In this document: positions 14,929 to 27,660 of the stretch, piece after piece
Numbering within the stretch: position 1 is the first letter of the stretch
Layout of the letters: each line of letters opens with the position of its first letter
From: Octopus vulgaris
Lineage: Eukaryota
Direction of reading: 5' to 3'
Length of the DNA: 64,000 nucleotides
Assembly (NCBI GenBank): GCA_951406725.2
Contig: OX597823.1
Coordinates: 24,304,001 to 24,368,000 of the forward strand
The notes under the pieces: generated by a model
What the model was told of the DNA's origin: nothing
Database searches by the model: none
Seen by the model: the letters and a program-made list of their open reading frames with translations, nothing else
Translations under genes and position numbers: made by a program

Positions 14929-16999
14929 CTATCTAGCTATCTATCTATTTGTGTGAAAATTCAATTTTGTTTCACTCCATGTCTTTTATTATAACATTGT
15001 CATACCTCATTGTTTTTATCCTCCTCCTGAGATTCACCTTTGATTTCAATTTTTCTTATTAATTCCAGTTCTTGCAAAAATTAACTGTGGACCTCCAAAT
15101 GAGATTGTTGGTACAAAGAAGTCCTACACTACCACTACCTATAAATCTGAAGTGATCTATACTTGTCCAGAAGGAAGAAAATTAAAATCAGTATGTAAAA
15201 GGGATACAAAATGGACATCGGTACCACCTTGTGAAGGTAATGTAAATAGCTTTTCTTCTCTTGTCTCTAACAAGATACTTTTGTTTTATTTTTGCTAGAT
15301 TGAATGGGATATTTATTTTGGTGTGTTTAGGATGGCTTGAACTGAAAAGTAGATACTGTTTTGAATCTGTTGGTTTGTAGTAGATGTCAGTTGCAATTTG
15401 GTTGTTGGATATTTTTATAATCAAAATGTCCAGAAATGGGAGCTGTTCCTTGCTATATTCCATTGTAAATTGAATGTTGGAGTTTGTCATTGAATCCCTG
15501 AAGTTCATCCTACAAAACAATTACTTCCTATTCGATGCAACATACTAATGCAGTATTGCAATGGGAACAAAAGCAGTGCCTGTCCTTTTAATAATGGGTT
15601 TCTTTAAATCTACCCTATATGAACTTTTGCTCTAAAAATTTGGACCCCGCATTTTATAATAAATACTATTTACTCATACTTTTCTTTCTATTCATTTGAT
15701 TTTATGTAATCCATTCATTGGATTTTATTATCCCTTAATGAGGTATTTATCCTTTAACTGAAGTTATTTATATATGTATGTATATCATCATCATCGTTTA
15801 ACATCTGCTTTCCATGCTAGCATGGGTTGGACGGTTTGTCTGTGGGATGGCGAACCAGATGGCTGCACCAGATTCCAGTCTTGATCTGGCAGAGTTTCTA
15901 CTGCTGGATGCCCTTCCTAACACCAACCACTCCAAGAGTGTAGTGGGTGCTTTTACATGCCCCCAGCACGGGGGCCAGTCAGGCGGTACTGGCAATGACC
16001 TCACTTGTATTTTTTTTTAACACATGCCAACAGCACAGGTGCCAGTAAGGCAATGCTGGTAACAATCCTGCTCAAATGGTGCCTCCTACATGCCACCAGC
16101 ATGGAAGCCAGTTAGCCGCTCTGACAACGATCATGCTCAGATGGTGCTCTTAGCACCCTACTAGCACGGGGTACAAGTGCCAGTAAGGCGACGCTGGTAA
16201 CAATCTCACTCAAATGGTGCCTTTTATGTGCCACTGGCATGGAACCTGTTAGCCGCTCTGTCAACGATCACATTCGTATGGTGCTCGTGCCCGTCATCAA
16301 ATTTCACTTTGATTTTGATTTCAATTTCACTTGCCTCAACAGGTCTTTGCAAGCAGAGTTTAGTGTCCAAAGAAGGAAAAGGTACACATAAGTGGGCTGG
16401 TTACGTCCCTGGCGCAGGCCACTGGTTATGGTCTCATTTGGCTTGCCGGATCTTCTCAAGCACAGCATATTTCCAAAGGTCTCGGTCACTAGTCATTTCC
16501 TTGGTGAGGCCTAAAGTTCGAAGGTCGTGCTTCACCACTTCATCCGAGGTCTTCCTGGGTCTACCTCTTCCACAGGTTCCCTCAACCTCTAGCACATGGC
16601 ACTTTCTCACACAGCTATCCTCATCCATTCTCACTACATGCCCATATCAGCGCAGTTGTCTCTCTTGCACACCACATCTGATGCTTCTTAGGTCCAACTT
16701 TTCTCCCAAGGTACTTACACTCTGTTGAATATGCACACTCACATTACACATCCATCGGATCATACTGGCTTCATTCCTTGTGAGCTTACACATGTCCTCA
16801 GCAGTCACAGCCCATGTTTCACTGCCATGCAGCATGGCTGTTCATACACATGCATCATACAGTCTACCTTTTACTCTGAGCAAGAGGCCATTTGTCACCA
16901 GCAAGGGTAAGAGCTCTCTGAACTTTGCCCAAGCTATTCTTATTCTTAATGTATGTATGTATGCATGTATGTATGTATGTAGGTATATATATATATGTA

Positions 17000-17056
<57 letters not shown>

Positions 17057-17752
17057 CACATACATTTACATAAAAGTAAACAACAGGTTGTATAGTGTGA
17101 TGTATAGATAAATCAAGGCTAGGACAGAAAGAACAGAAGCGGAAATCCAACAAAAAGCAACATATTTTGTTTTTTGTTGGATTTCTACTTATGTTCTTTC
17201 TATCCTACTCTTGATTTTTATATATATTTATATATGTGTGTGTGTGTTTGTGTGCCAATTTAGATCGTAGTTGTGGCCAATGCCAGTGTTGCATATCTGG
17301 CACATAAAAAACACTCTTTAAACATTGGGTGATATGTTGTGCTTGAGAAGACCTGTCAAGGCATGTGAAATTGTAGTCATGGCCAATGTTAGTGCCATCT
17401 GGTTGGGGTTTGTGTCAGTGGCACATAAAAAGCAGCGTTCAAGTGTTGGGCCTAATGAAGGCAGTAACAGATGATCAAAGCCTTTGGCAATATACTGTGC
17501 TTGTGTAAACCTGTGAAGCCAAGTGAGGTCATAGTCATGGCTGATGCCAGTGTCACGTCAATGGCACCCATGCTGGTGGCACATAAAAAGCACCCACTAT
17601 ACTCTTGGAGTGGTTGGTGTTTTAGGAAGGGCATCCAGCTATAGAAACCTTGCCAAATCAGAATGGAACCTGGTGCAGCTCCCTGGCTTACCAGTTTTCA
17701 GTCAAACCATCCAACTCATGCTAGCATGGAAAGCAGACGTTAAACGATGATG

Positions 17753-17784
<32 letters not shown>

Positions 17785-20700
17785 CTGTATATATTCCATC
17801 ATTATCATTCAGAAATCTATGTTCCATGGGTTGCACTTCTTAACAGGATCCAATGAGCCCAAGGAGTCATCATGTTCCAATGTCTGCTTCAGCATGGTGT
17901 CTATGGCTGGATGCCCTTCCTAATGCCAACCACTTTACAGTGCCTGCTGGGAGAGTTTTCATGTCGCCAATACTACTATTATCACCATATGAATCTCAAG
18001 ACAACAAATTCCAAGAGAGAAGTGGGTTAGCTTTATGCTGGGGAATGAGGGGTTAACATGTGAGAGAAGAGGATGTTGGTGCAAAGCAGATTCTTGGGGA
18101 AAAGTTGCATGTTTGCTAATATTTAGTAGGTAGGAGGGAATGGTCAGAAGGAGCTGCAGTTAGATAGATAGTAGAGATGAAGTGTCCAGGAGACCCTTAA
18201 AAGTGAGTAGAAAAGGGTGGTGGGTTTGCAAGACTGTACAGGGTGGAGAAGGTGTGGGGATGGGGAGGCAGCCTGCAATGGTAAAATGTTAGGTAGTGTT
18301 GAAGAGCAATAACTGATCAGTCATGAGTTGGGGAAGAGAAATGGATGCAGAAGAGTGTAGGTGGTGTTGAGAGCCACAGGACAGTAATGATATAGTTGTC
18401 AAGAAACAGATAGATGACAATGTGGAGTAAGTGAATTAGAGAAGGTGAATCAGTGTAATGTGTGGGTGGAGAGCAGAGTATACAAAGTGCTTCCAGAACT
18501 CTGTCTCACTGACACGGACAGGTTGTCTCAAGAACCTCATATACTCAGTCATTCTGGTCCTTTATTTCCTCTGTAAGGCTCATCATCTTGAGATCACCCC
18601 TCACCACTTCATCCTATGTTTTCTGAGTTTCTGTGTTCCACAAGTTCCATCCGCTTTAAGTGATTGGCTCTTTTTTTATACAGCTATCCAATCCATATAC
18701 TTCTGATGACCAAACCATCTCTTGCACACTGCATTATTCCTCTTATGTCCAATTCATCTCTCAACACATTTGTACTTTCTATATATTCTCTCTGATGTTG
18801 CACATTTTTTGAAGCACATTAGCTTCATTCCTCGTTAGTCTTTGCATATCCTCATCATTCCCAATCCACATCTTACTGCTAGGTGGTATACTTGTTCATA
18901 TACAAGCAGCATACAATCTGCCTTTCACTCATTGAGAGATCTTTCTTTACCAACTGAGGTAATGACTCATTGAACTTTCTTCATCTTAATCTAGCAACAA
19001 TACATTCAGAACATCCTCTTCCGACGCTAATTAGGTCACATATGTAAAAGAAACTATCTACAACCTCTAGGATGTTTCATGGGAATTTGAGAAAATCCAA
19101 TTCTCATGTGTCTCTAGTGTATATTGTTCCTGCACATCTACCACATACAAAGACTACTTTCACTGTTAACCTTCCTGTGATTTTACTGTACCACTTATAT
19201 GTCCATAGTTTGCACTGGGTACACTATATGGAATCCCTGCCAAAATTTTTTCCATATATCATACAGGACACACATATAATATACGTTCACCATTAGTATC
19301 ATCTGTTTTCAATTTCAGCCTATGCAGACATTGACTGTGGAAATCCAAAAGATATTGTTGGTGCATTAAAGTCCTACACAGACACCACCTATAAATCTGA
19401 AGTGACCTATACTTGCCCAGAGGGAGATCAATTAAAGTCAACATGTGAAATAAACAACAAATGGACCCTAGTGGCAGAGTCCTGTAAAGGTAATGTTAAT
19501 AGCTTCTCTTTTGTCTCTGTTTGGTAATTTTGTCTTGTGTGTTGAATGTATTTGTCATAGGAAGACTGACTGAAGACGCAAGTTCTGCAGTGTTTGTGGC
19601 TGTTGGTGGAGGAGAACTAGTTATCCTCAGACCAAAGATTTCACAAATGCTTGCATCAGAGTGAACATCATTAGTTCTAACAAAGGACCAGGTTGTGGTT
19701 TTTAATTGCATGATGGATTAAATCCACTAACCAAGAGCTGGTAGTGTAGAAACCTGTTCCTCTCCTGCACACTCCCACATAACTTGTATCCACTACATTT
19801 CATTCAAAAGGCTTAGTTACAAAGTGAATTTTTAACCATGCAGACAAAATTCCACCTACTTCAATATTGTTGTAAACTTATTACTTCCAAAGCTAAAACA
19901 CCACAACTCAACTTGATAGATAGTCTCTTTATTTCTAACTTGACTGTTCTCACCTGCACTTTGTGGCATCCTTTAAAACTCTATATGATATAATGCCTGA
20001 GCTTTTCCGTACCAAAACTTAGCAATCCTCTGAAACAGTCTTCTGACGCTCATGTTATCTTCCACTCCACCATCCATAATTATAATACTTCTTCAAATAA
20101 TGATAATGATTTCTGATTTAACCACAAAGCCACTCTAGCCATTTTTGCCATACTGTCATTGCTTTCAATAATTTCCCTTGGAGATAGTATCTTACTCTCT
20201 ATCCTCACCATCTTAACAAGTGAAATTTACAATGCAGATGAGAGATTGACTGTTGTCTGACCTTTCAGCCTCATCCACCACACAATTGCATTTGCTATAG
20301 CTACCAAACAGAGAAAAACTGTCTTTCCTACCTGGCTAAAGGAGAGTGTAGGGCAATAACATTACACACAACAGCGGCTGTTTGACATAACTTAAGAACT
20401 CAGCAATACTTGGATGTTGAATGAGCGCTTGCAAAATGACTTCATTTTACTGCATACATCTCAAAGGCCTGTCTTAGCACTTTCATAACTGTAGACTTTA
20501 TCTTGGACCAGGAGAGCCCTTTGGTTACACTGCCAGGCCAAGGACTTCAGAAAGTTGTCCAAAACACCAAGTCCTCCAAAAAAGAAGGAAAAACTTATCA
20601 GTTCATTTTTATGGATGACCAGAGCAACTTTGGAATAAGTGCTCTATCCCTCTACGAATCTTCAATAGATTGTTAGATTGAAATACCACCAATCCCATTG

Positions 20701-23700
20701 CCTCATTCATATTTGATCCTGCATATAATATTTTCTAAAATCCTTTGGATTATATTAAATAACTTGAAATACCATGTTTTATGATGGTTTGTGTGGGATT
20801 GAAGGAGATTTTGTTAATATTTCTAACATACTGGGCATTCACATAGAGGATTCCACAGTAAATATTGAACTTAGTATTACAAGCTAACAGATCTAACCCA
20901 GCTTATCTTCTGATATAATCTTTTGTGTGTAATCAGCTAATATTTATTGTTTAGGCACATGACTAAATCTTATTAGAGAAGGTAACGAGATTGTGCGATA
21001 TTCATGTCTTTCTCAAGGGCATTAACTATCTGAAAATCAAATCTAGTCATTGACTCACACCACTCATTCCATATTTATACTAAACAACTAGATATAAATA
21101 CTCAGGCTCACTTCCAGCATAGGAAGCAAATACTAAATAAAAAAATATTAAAGTGACTTCTTATGATTAACTAAAATTTTTACCATTAGTGTAAAAAAAT
21201 AATGTTAATGACTTATTCTGGTCATGATATTCAGAACTGTCAACCTTATAAAGATAATCAGTTTTTTTCTTCATCTCATTAAAAGTAATAATTTTAATGA
21301 AATAAAATTTGTTACTATATATTAATATTTGTTCATGAGATGATAATGAAAGGGAAATTATTTTTATATTACCTGGTAAAGCATTGCAAAACAGTAAAGT
21401 GATGAGTTATAGTCTGATCCTTGATTAATCATATTTAGTTACATCCTTTTACTCTCAGGCTTCAAATCCCACCATGATGTACTTCACCTTTCATACTACT
21501 GAGGTTGAAAAACAAGCTCTATTCAAGTACTGAGGTTGATTTATTTTATGTATCCTAACTGCAGAATATGTGGCCTTATGTTTAAGGTAGAAATAATTAT
21601 TATTACTATTGGTAACATCGATAATAATTATAGTTATTCTTGTTGCTAAGAGTGATGGATTATCCAGATCATTAGAGCATTGGACAAAATGTGTTGTGGT
21701 ACTTGTTCTGTTTCCTTATCTTCTGAATTCAAATCCTGCTTATGTTAATTTTACCTTCCAGGGCCAAGAAAATGAAATACCAATGAAGTGCAGAGACCAT
21801 TTTACTTGACCCATTCTGGCTCCAAAGATATGGCCTAATTTTTATTGTAGAAACTTTTGTGTTATTGTTATTTTTCATTGGTCTGAATTTTACTTTAACT
21901 ATAGATCCTCAGATTCATTTTGCGAAAGTAAAAGGTGCAGCTCTGGATGTATCTGGGAAAAGATTATGGAATAAGAAAAAAGTAACAGCAGCAGACTGTG
22001 CAGAAAAATGTGTGTCTGACAAAAATTGTTTATCATTTGAAATAAATAAAGAAGGTGGAAAATGTTATTTATCAAGGGAAAGTGCAACTCTCACTAAGAA
22101 AATTTACCTAGACAATAGCAGAGATTACTATCAAAAAGTAAAACGTAATTATTCTTTGTATTTTATTATTGGAATTCTGTTTGCCTCTTTTTCTGAAATT
22201 TGTGATTTTATTTGTACTTCATAGTATATAGACAACCATTTCAGTGAAGACATCGACAGGTTTACCTGTAAGGACAGGCATGGACACATTCTTGACATAA
22301 GCAATATTAGGAACTGTAAATATGTTAGAGTATTCTCATGCAACTTTTATCCACCTTGAACAATTTTATGCATGCTTTCAGTCATATTTCTGTGTAAGAA
22401 AAGAAACTTATGTTGTTCTTCTTAAACCGGAGCAGGATTAGTGGTTGTGGTGGTGGTAGGAGTTGGAATATGAGTAATAGCAGCAGTAGTAGTAGCAGCA
22501 GCAACAGCAGCTTTTTATCCATTTCTATATGTTGGCATGGCTTAGAGAGTGATGTTACAGTTCAATGTTACACCAAACTTAACAATTAATACCAATGTAT
22601 CTGCTTTCAACAAAGTAGACATTACTCTAGAATTGAAGTCTGCAATCCTTACTCAATATCATGATCAACATGCTTGGCTATTCTACAAACAGTTGAAAGA
22701 GCCTCTATTTGTCTACATTCTCTATCTAAATTAAATGTTTTTTTGAGTGATGTCAAATATCAGGTCATCCCATAAGATCTTTCCGAATTTTGAATAAAGA
22801 AAACAAGTGATCAAATGTTATATTTAATTGAAATTTAATCATCAATGTACTTTCCCTGATTATCTATGACTTCCTTCCATCTATTTACAAGCTTTTTAAT
22901 CCCATCAATGTAAAACTCTTTTGGTTTCAAAGCAAAGAACTCTGAAATGTCAGTTCCAACCTCCTCCTGGCTTGCAAAAGTTATGTCCCCCAAATGATTC
23001 TGTAAACTACAAAACAAATGGTAGTCTGAAGGAGCAAGGTCGGGAGAATAAGGTGGATGAGGAATTTTTCCCCAACCAAGCTCTTCGATCTTCTGTGATG
23101 TGATCTTTGCAGTGTGGGGTCACGCATTGTCCTGATGAAACATCACTCCTTTTCAATTCACTAAAGTGGGTCTAAATGCTATCTCTACAACTATCACCAA
23201 CATTCTCATATTAACCAATATGCTACTCTTTATAAGAGTTTGGCTAGTCCATTCTTCCAATCCCTTAGGTGTGTCAGTGACTCTTGCCACAACATCTCCC
23301 CCTTTGAGATTTAATTCCATTTGAAGTTAATAATTTTTATTTATTTTTCTTTCATCATATCTCCCTTTTTGAGATTTTCTTCCTAGGGAAGTTTAATGTT
23401 TCTTCTGTTTAGGCATTACTTCCAACCATTCTGTTTGTTTCCTCTTTCTTGTGCTGCTACAACTAGTTTCGATTTCTTGTGGCATTGGAACATCAAAGGG
23501 GTCATAGAACACTTCAATGGGTATCTTTTCTTTTACCCATATATCTGTTTTTTAGCTGGTTTAAATGCTTTTTGTGTTCCCATTTTTCGCCTCTTATCAT
23601 ATATGTCATTTTTGCCTATTCTTTTTATTACTACTCCATCTTCCCAACTTTGTTTTCCATTTTTATATATTTTGAAAAACACCTTGTCACCAATATTCCA

Positions 23701-25860
23701 ATATTAAAAAAACTTTGTTGTATTTTTAGTGTTTTCCCTATTTGTTTTTCTTATTGGTAGCAGCTTGTCAAATTTTGACTTCATTTTTCAAGCCAACTGT
23801 AGTTCTGCAGACAACTTCCCTGAAAAAGCATTTAAGTTTGGTATTAACCTATAAACCCTCAAGAATCGTGTCAATCATCAACTAGCTCATTTCTTGATTT
23901 CTTTAATGCTCTTTTAAATGTATCCATGAACCTTTCTGCTTGCCCGTTAAATCTTGGGTGATATGGAGGAGTAGTAATATGTTCAATTAAGAACATCTTT
24001 TAAAATTTCTTAAATACATTCGCCATGAATTGTGTACCATTATAACATCTCTTATTTTTCAAGCACCATCCGGAGTATCCGAGTGGTTCCAAGGAGTGCT
24101 GTTTTCTACAAGTACTCTACTCTTATTGCTTGCAGCCCTTATTTGTTCCATGTACTTCTCAAGATTTTTACTCACTGTTCCCAGGGTTCTGACAATTATT
24201 GGTACCACCACCACCTTTATCAGCAACTGAAACTGCTTAACCGCCCAAGTTAACCTGTCATATCTATTGACTTTTCTTTCTTCTTTGTCACATACCTTGT
24301 TGACAGCTGGGCATGCTATATCTATGATCTAGCATCGTTTGCTTTCTTTCTCAATCAACACTGTGTCTGGTTTCCTATCCTCTATCTCATGGTTGCATTG
24401 AATCATAAAATCCTATACGATCTTTGCATAATCATTTTTGATGATGCCTTTATGTTTGTATCACTTTTTTGCTCTGTCAAGTTCAAATTTGTTGCAAAGT
24501 TTCAATGGACAATCCTTGCTATATTGACATGACATCTCTTATATTCTTTCAGCACTAGTAGTGTACATTCACTGGTTATATGCCATATGGTTTCACCATT
24601 TTGTCCACAAATTCTGCACTTATCACCTTTTGATGTGCTGTCTATTCTGTATTTGATGTAATTGGTTCTTAATGCTTGCTCTTGAGCAGCACAGATTAGA
24701 GCCTCCATTTCCGGTTTTAAATCCTTTTTGGTCATCCATAGCCATCTTCTTTCTCTGTCTGTCTTATTTTCAACAATCCTATGAAATTGTCCATGCATTC
24801 CTTTCTTTATCCACCTATTTTCAGTTTCATTCATTCTCAAGTGTTTGTACAGTGCTTATCTTTGCAATCTTCCATCATGCACAAGCCAAAGAAGGTCATT
24901 ATTATTATTGTTGTTGTTGCTTTTACTACTACTGCTAATACTACTACAACTACTACTACTGCTGCTGCTGCTGCTTTAGAGCTGTTTTTAAAACTAGATA
25001 ATTATGCAGAAGTACCAGTAATTGAAATTGTGAATAGAATATTAGAAAAACAACCAGTGAGGTATTTCCTAAATGAACAGTATATTACAAAAACACCATC
25101 CATCAGCAAAATTATTTTTCAGAATAAGTCATGCTTCTCAGAGATATTGTGAACTCTAATAAATCATGAGACTTATATGGAACCTCACTTCAGTGTTTAG
25201 GTTGTACATCCTTCTGATGATGTGCATTTGTTTAAGACAGAATAATACAACAATATTTGACACATATGCTGACTACCTGTTTCAAGGAATACTGATGTTA
25301 CAAAATCAAACCATTACAGAAGAGATGTACAACTGTATTATCTGCCACCTAAATAAGGAGACAAGGATCCAATAAGTCTGAATGTGTTTTACAACTCGTA
25401 TGAATTCTGGTTAGTGTGTCCTTTCATGGATCAAATATATGTTTATAATAAATTGACCATTTACAAAATTATGCACAATTTGCGTTACAGTATTTAATAT
25501 AAATGCATGTGTATAAAATGTATTTCTTGCATTCTATTGTTTTCCAGGAAATATGGAGCAAATTATGTTTAAAAATGTCAGCATACCAGAGAAGACTACA
25601 ATAGGACAGTTTGAGGATATGACCTTAAAGGAGTGTAATGAAACTTGTTATAGTATTGAAGAATGTAATACTTTTCTGTACAATGAACAAGCTATGTTAT
25701 GTGATCTGAGCAATGGGACTCTGTTGACTCATAAACTTAAACCCAACAAAGACGGTTGGGATATTTACATAGTTAACCCAGGTCAGTAGAGTGTTTCCAT
25801 TTTATTTATTACCTACTTGACTGTGTGTATTTACATATAAATATATTAGTGTATGTATGC

Positions 25861-25916
<56 letters not shown>

Positions 25917-27574
25917 ATGGTATGTTCGGTAAAGAACATAGTAGAGTACGGTATAGAGCTCGTCAATGTTCAGATTTACCCTGTGCTATCCAGTATTATA
26001 TGTACTTCAAGGTTTGCGTTTGGGCATCTGTCTTCAACAAGAAGCGGGATGGTTGGACATGTATTTTTTAATCCCTGCAATTGTTTTAACACAATGTAGT
26101 TCTCCAGGTGTGCAGGTGCTTGATTATACAACTGTTTGCCTGCATTATGAGATTTAGTTGTGTTTCCTCAGGCGATATGTAAATATTGTATCCTTGGCTT
26201 CTAGAATATTCTATATGGCCTGAATTTAGTAGTGTGTGTGTGTGTGTATAATAAGGTAAGAGAATACATACATGTAAATATATATTGATAAAATATGGAA
26301 AAGAAAATGTTTGGTGAACTTTATCATGGGAAGCAGAAAGAAAAATATGACATTACCATAGTGGAATAAAATGAAAGGAAAAATTTTTTTAAAATTAAAC
26401 TCTCATTATTATAATTTTGTGTTTATCTTCCATTCTACTTCCATACTAGCTCAATGAGAATCATTCATACAGGTGACAAGCACTATTCCACAGATAGCTA
26501 TACCACTTTTGCTTACATTTCCAACACAATACATACATACATACATATATATACATCTATACTGGTGCACAGTGTGCCACGTCTCAGATTCTAAATTGAT
26601 CATAGATTTGAGATCAGAGAGGCTTTCTCCTAATCTAGTTGCTCAAAAGCTACAGAGCCCAGACTGCCCTTGAATTAGTCAATGCTGATAGTGCACATCA
26701 ACTAAGTGGACCATCTGCAGCGACAAACCTGGTTTTATATTAGAGCTTTCCATTTTCCTACTGTTGCCCCTACTGTATATGTTGATGGGAAAGCATTAAA
26801 AACTGTTTCCTCTTTCACTTATCTTGGTTCTATTGTGTCCAGTGATGCAAAGATGGATATCGAAATCAAGTCCAGAATTTTGGTAATCTTTATCACAGGC
26901 TATGGAACAGCTACAGCATATCACTGAAGGGGAACATTAATGTATAGAAGTTAGTGGTCTTGACAGCATTGCTTTATGGTGCTGAATCTTGGACTTTGTA
27001 CCCAAAGTACATGAATCAGCTTAAGATCTTTCATATGTAATGCTTGCGTACAAACTTAGATGGTCAGGTCATCTCTTAGGTATAAGCAACTTCTCTTTGG
27101 CCAATTCTCAACAAGAAGACCACTCTTGCACTTCAAAGACAAACTAAAAGACAATCTGAAATGATGCAACATTCCCCTTTCTTCCCGGGAAAACAAGCAT
27201 TTGAACACAGGACTTGGCACTAGTCCTGCTTCTCTTTAGTTAAAAAATTTGAGCAAAATCGACTCCAGCACCAGAACCAACTTCATGCAAGCATGAAGGC
27301 AAAACACTGCTCTTCTAAATGGAAACCTTACCTGTCATTGTGATTTTGAGACACCAAGCAAAGCAGACCTAGCTGTCCACTCAAGAAAACACATCATAAA
27401 TAATCCACAAGCACTGAAGCAAACTGAGTGCTCAACTTGTTCTATTTGCCAAAAGGTTTGCAAGGCACCAACAGATCTTAAGAGACACATTCGTGTCCAT
27501 AGATCAATGCTTTATTTTGCTGAACTTTCATTTGTCATTCATGACAAGAGAAACCATCCATCCACAAACACACT

Positions 27575-27609
<35 letters not shown>

Positions 27610-27617
27610 GGATGGCT

Positions 27618-27660
<43 letters not shown>

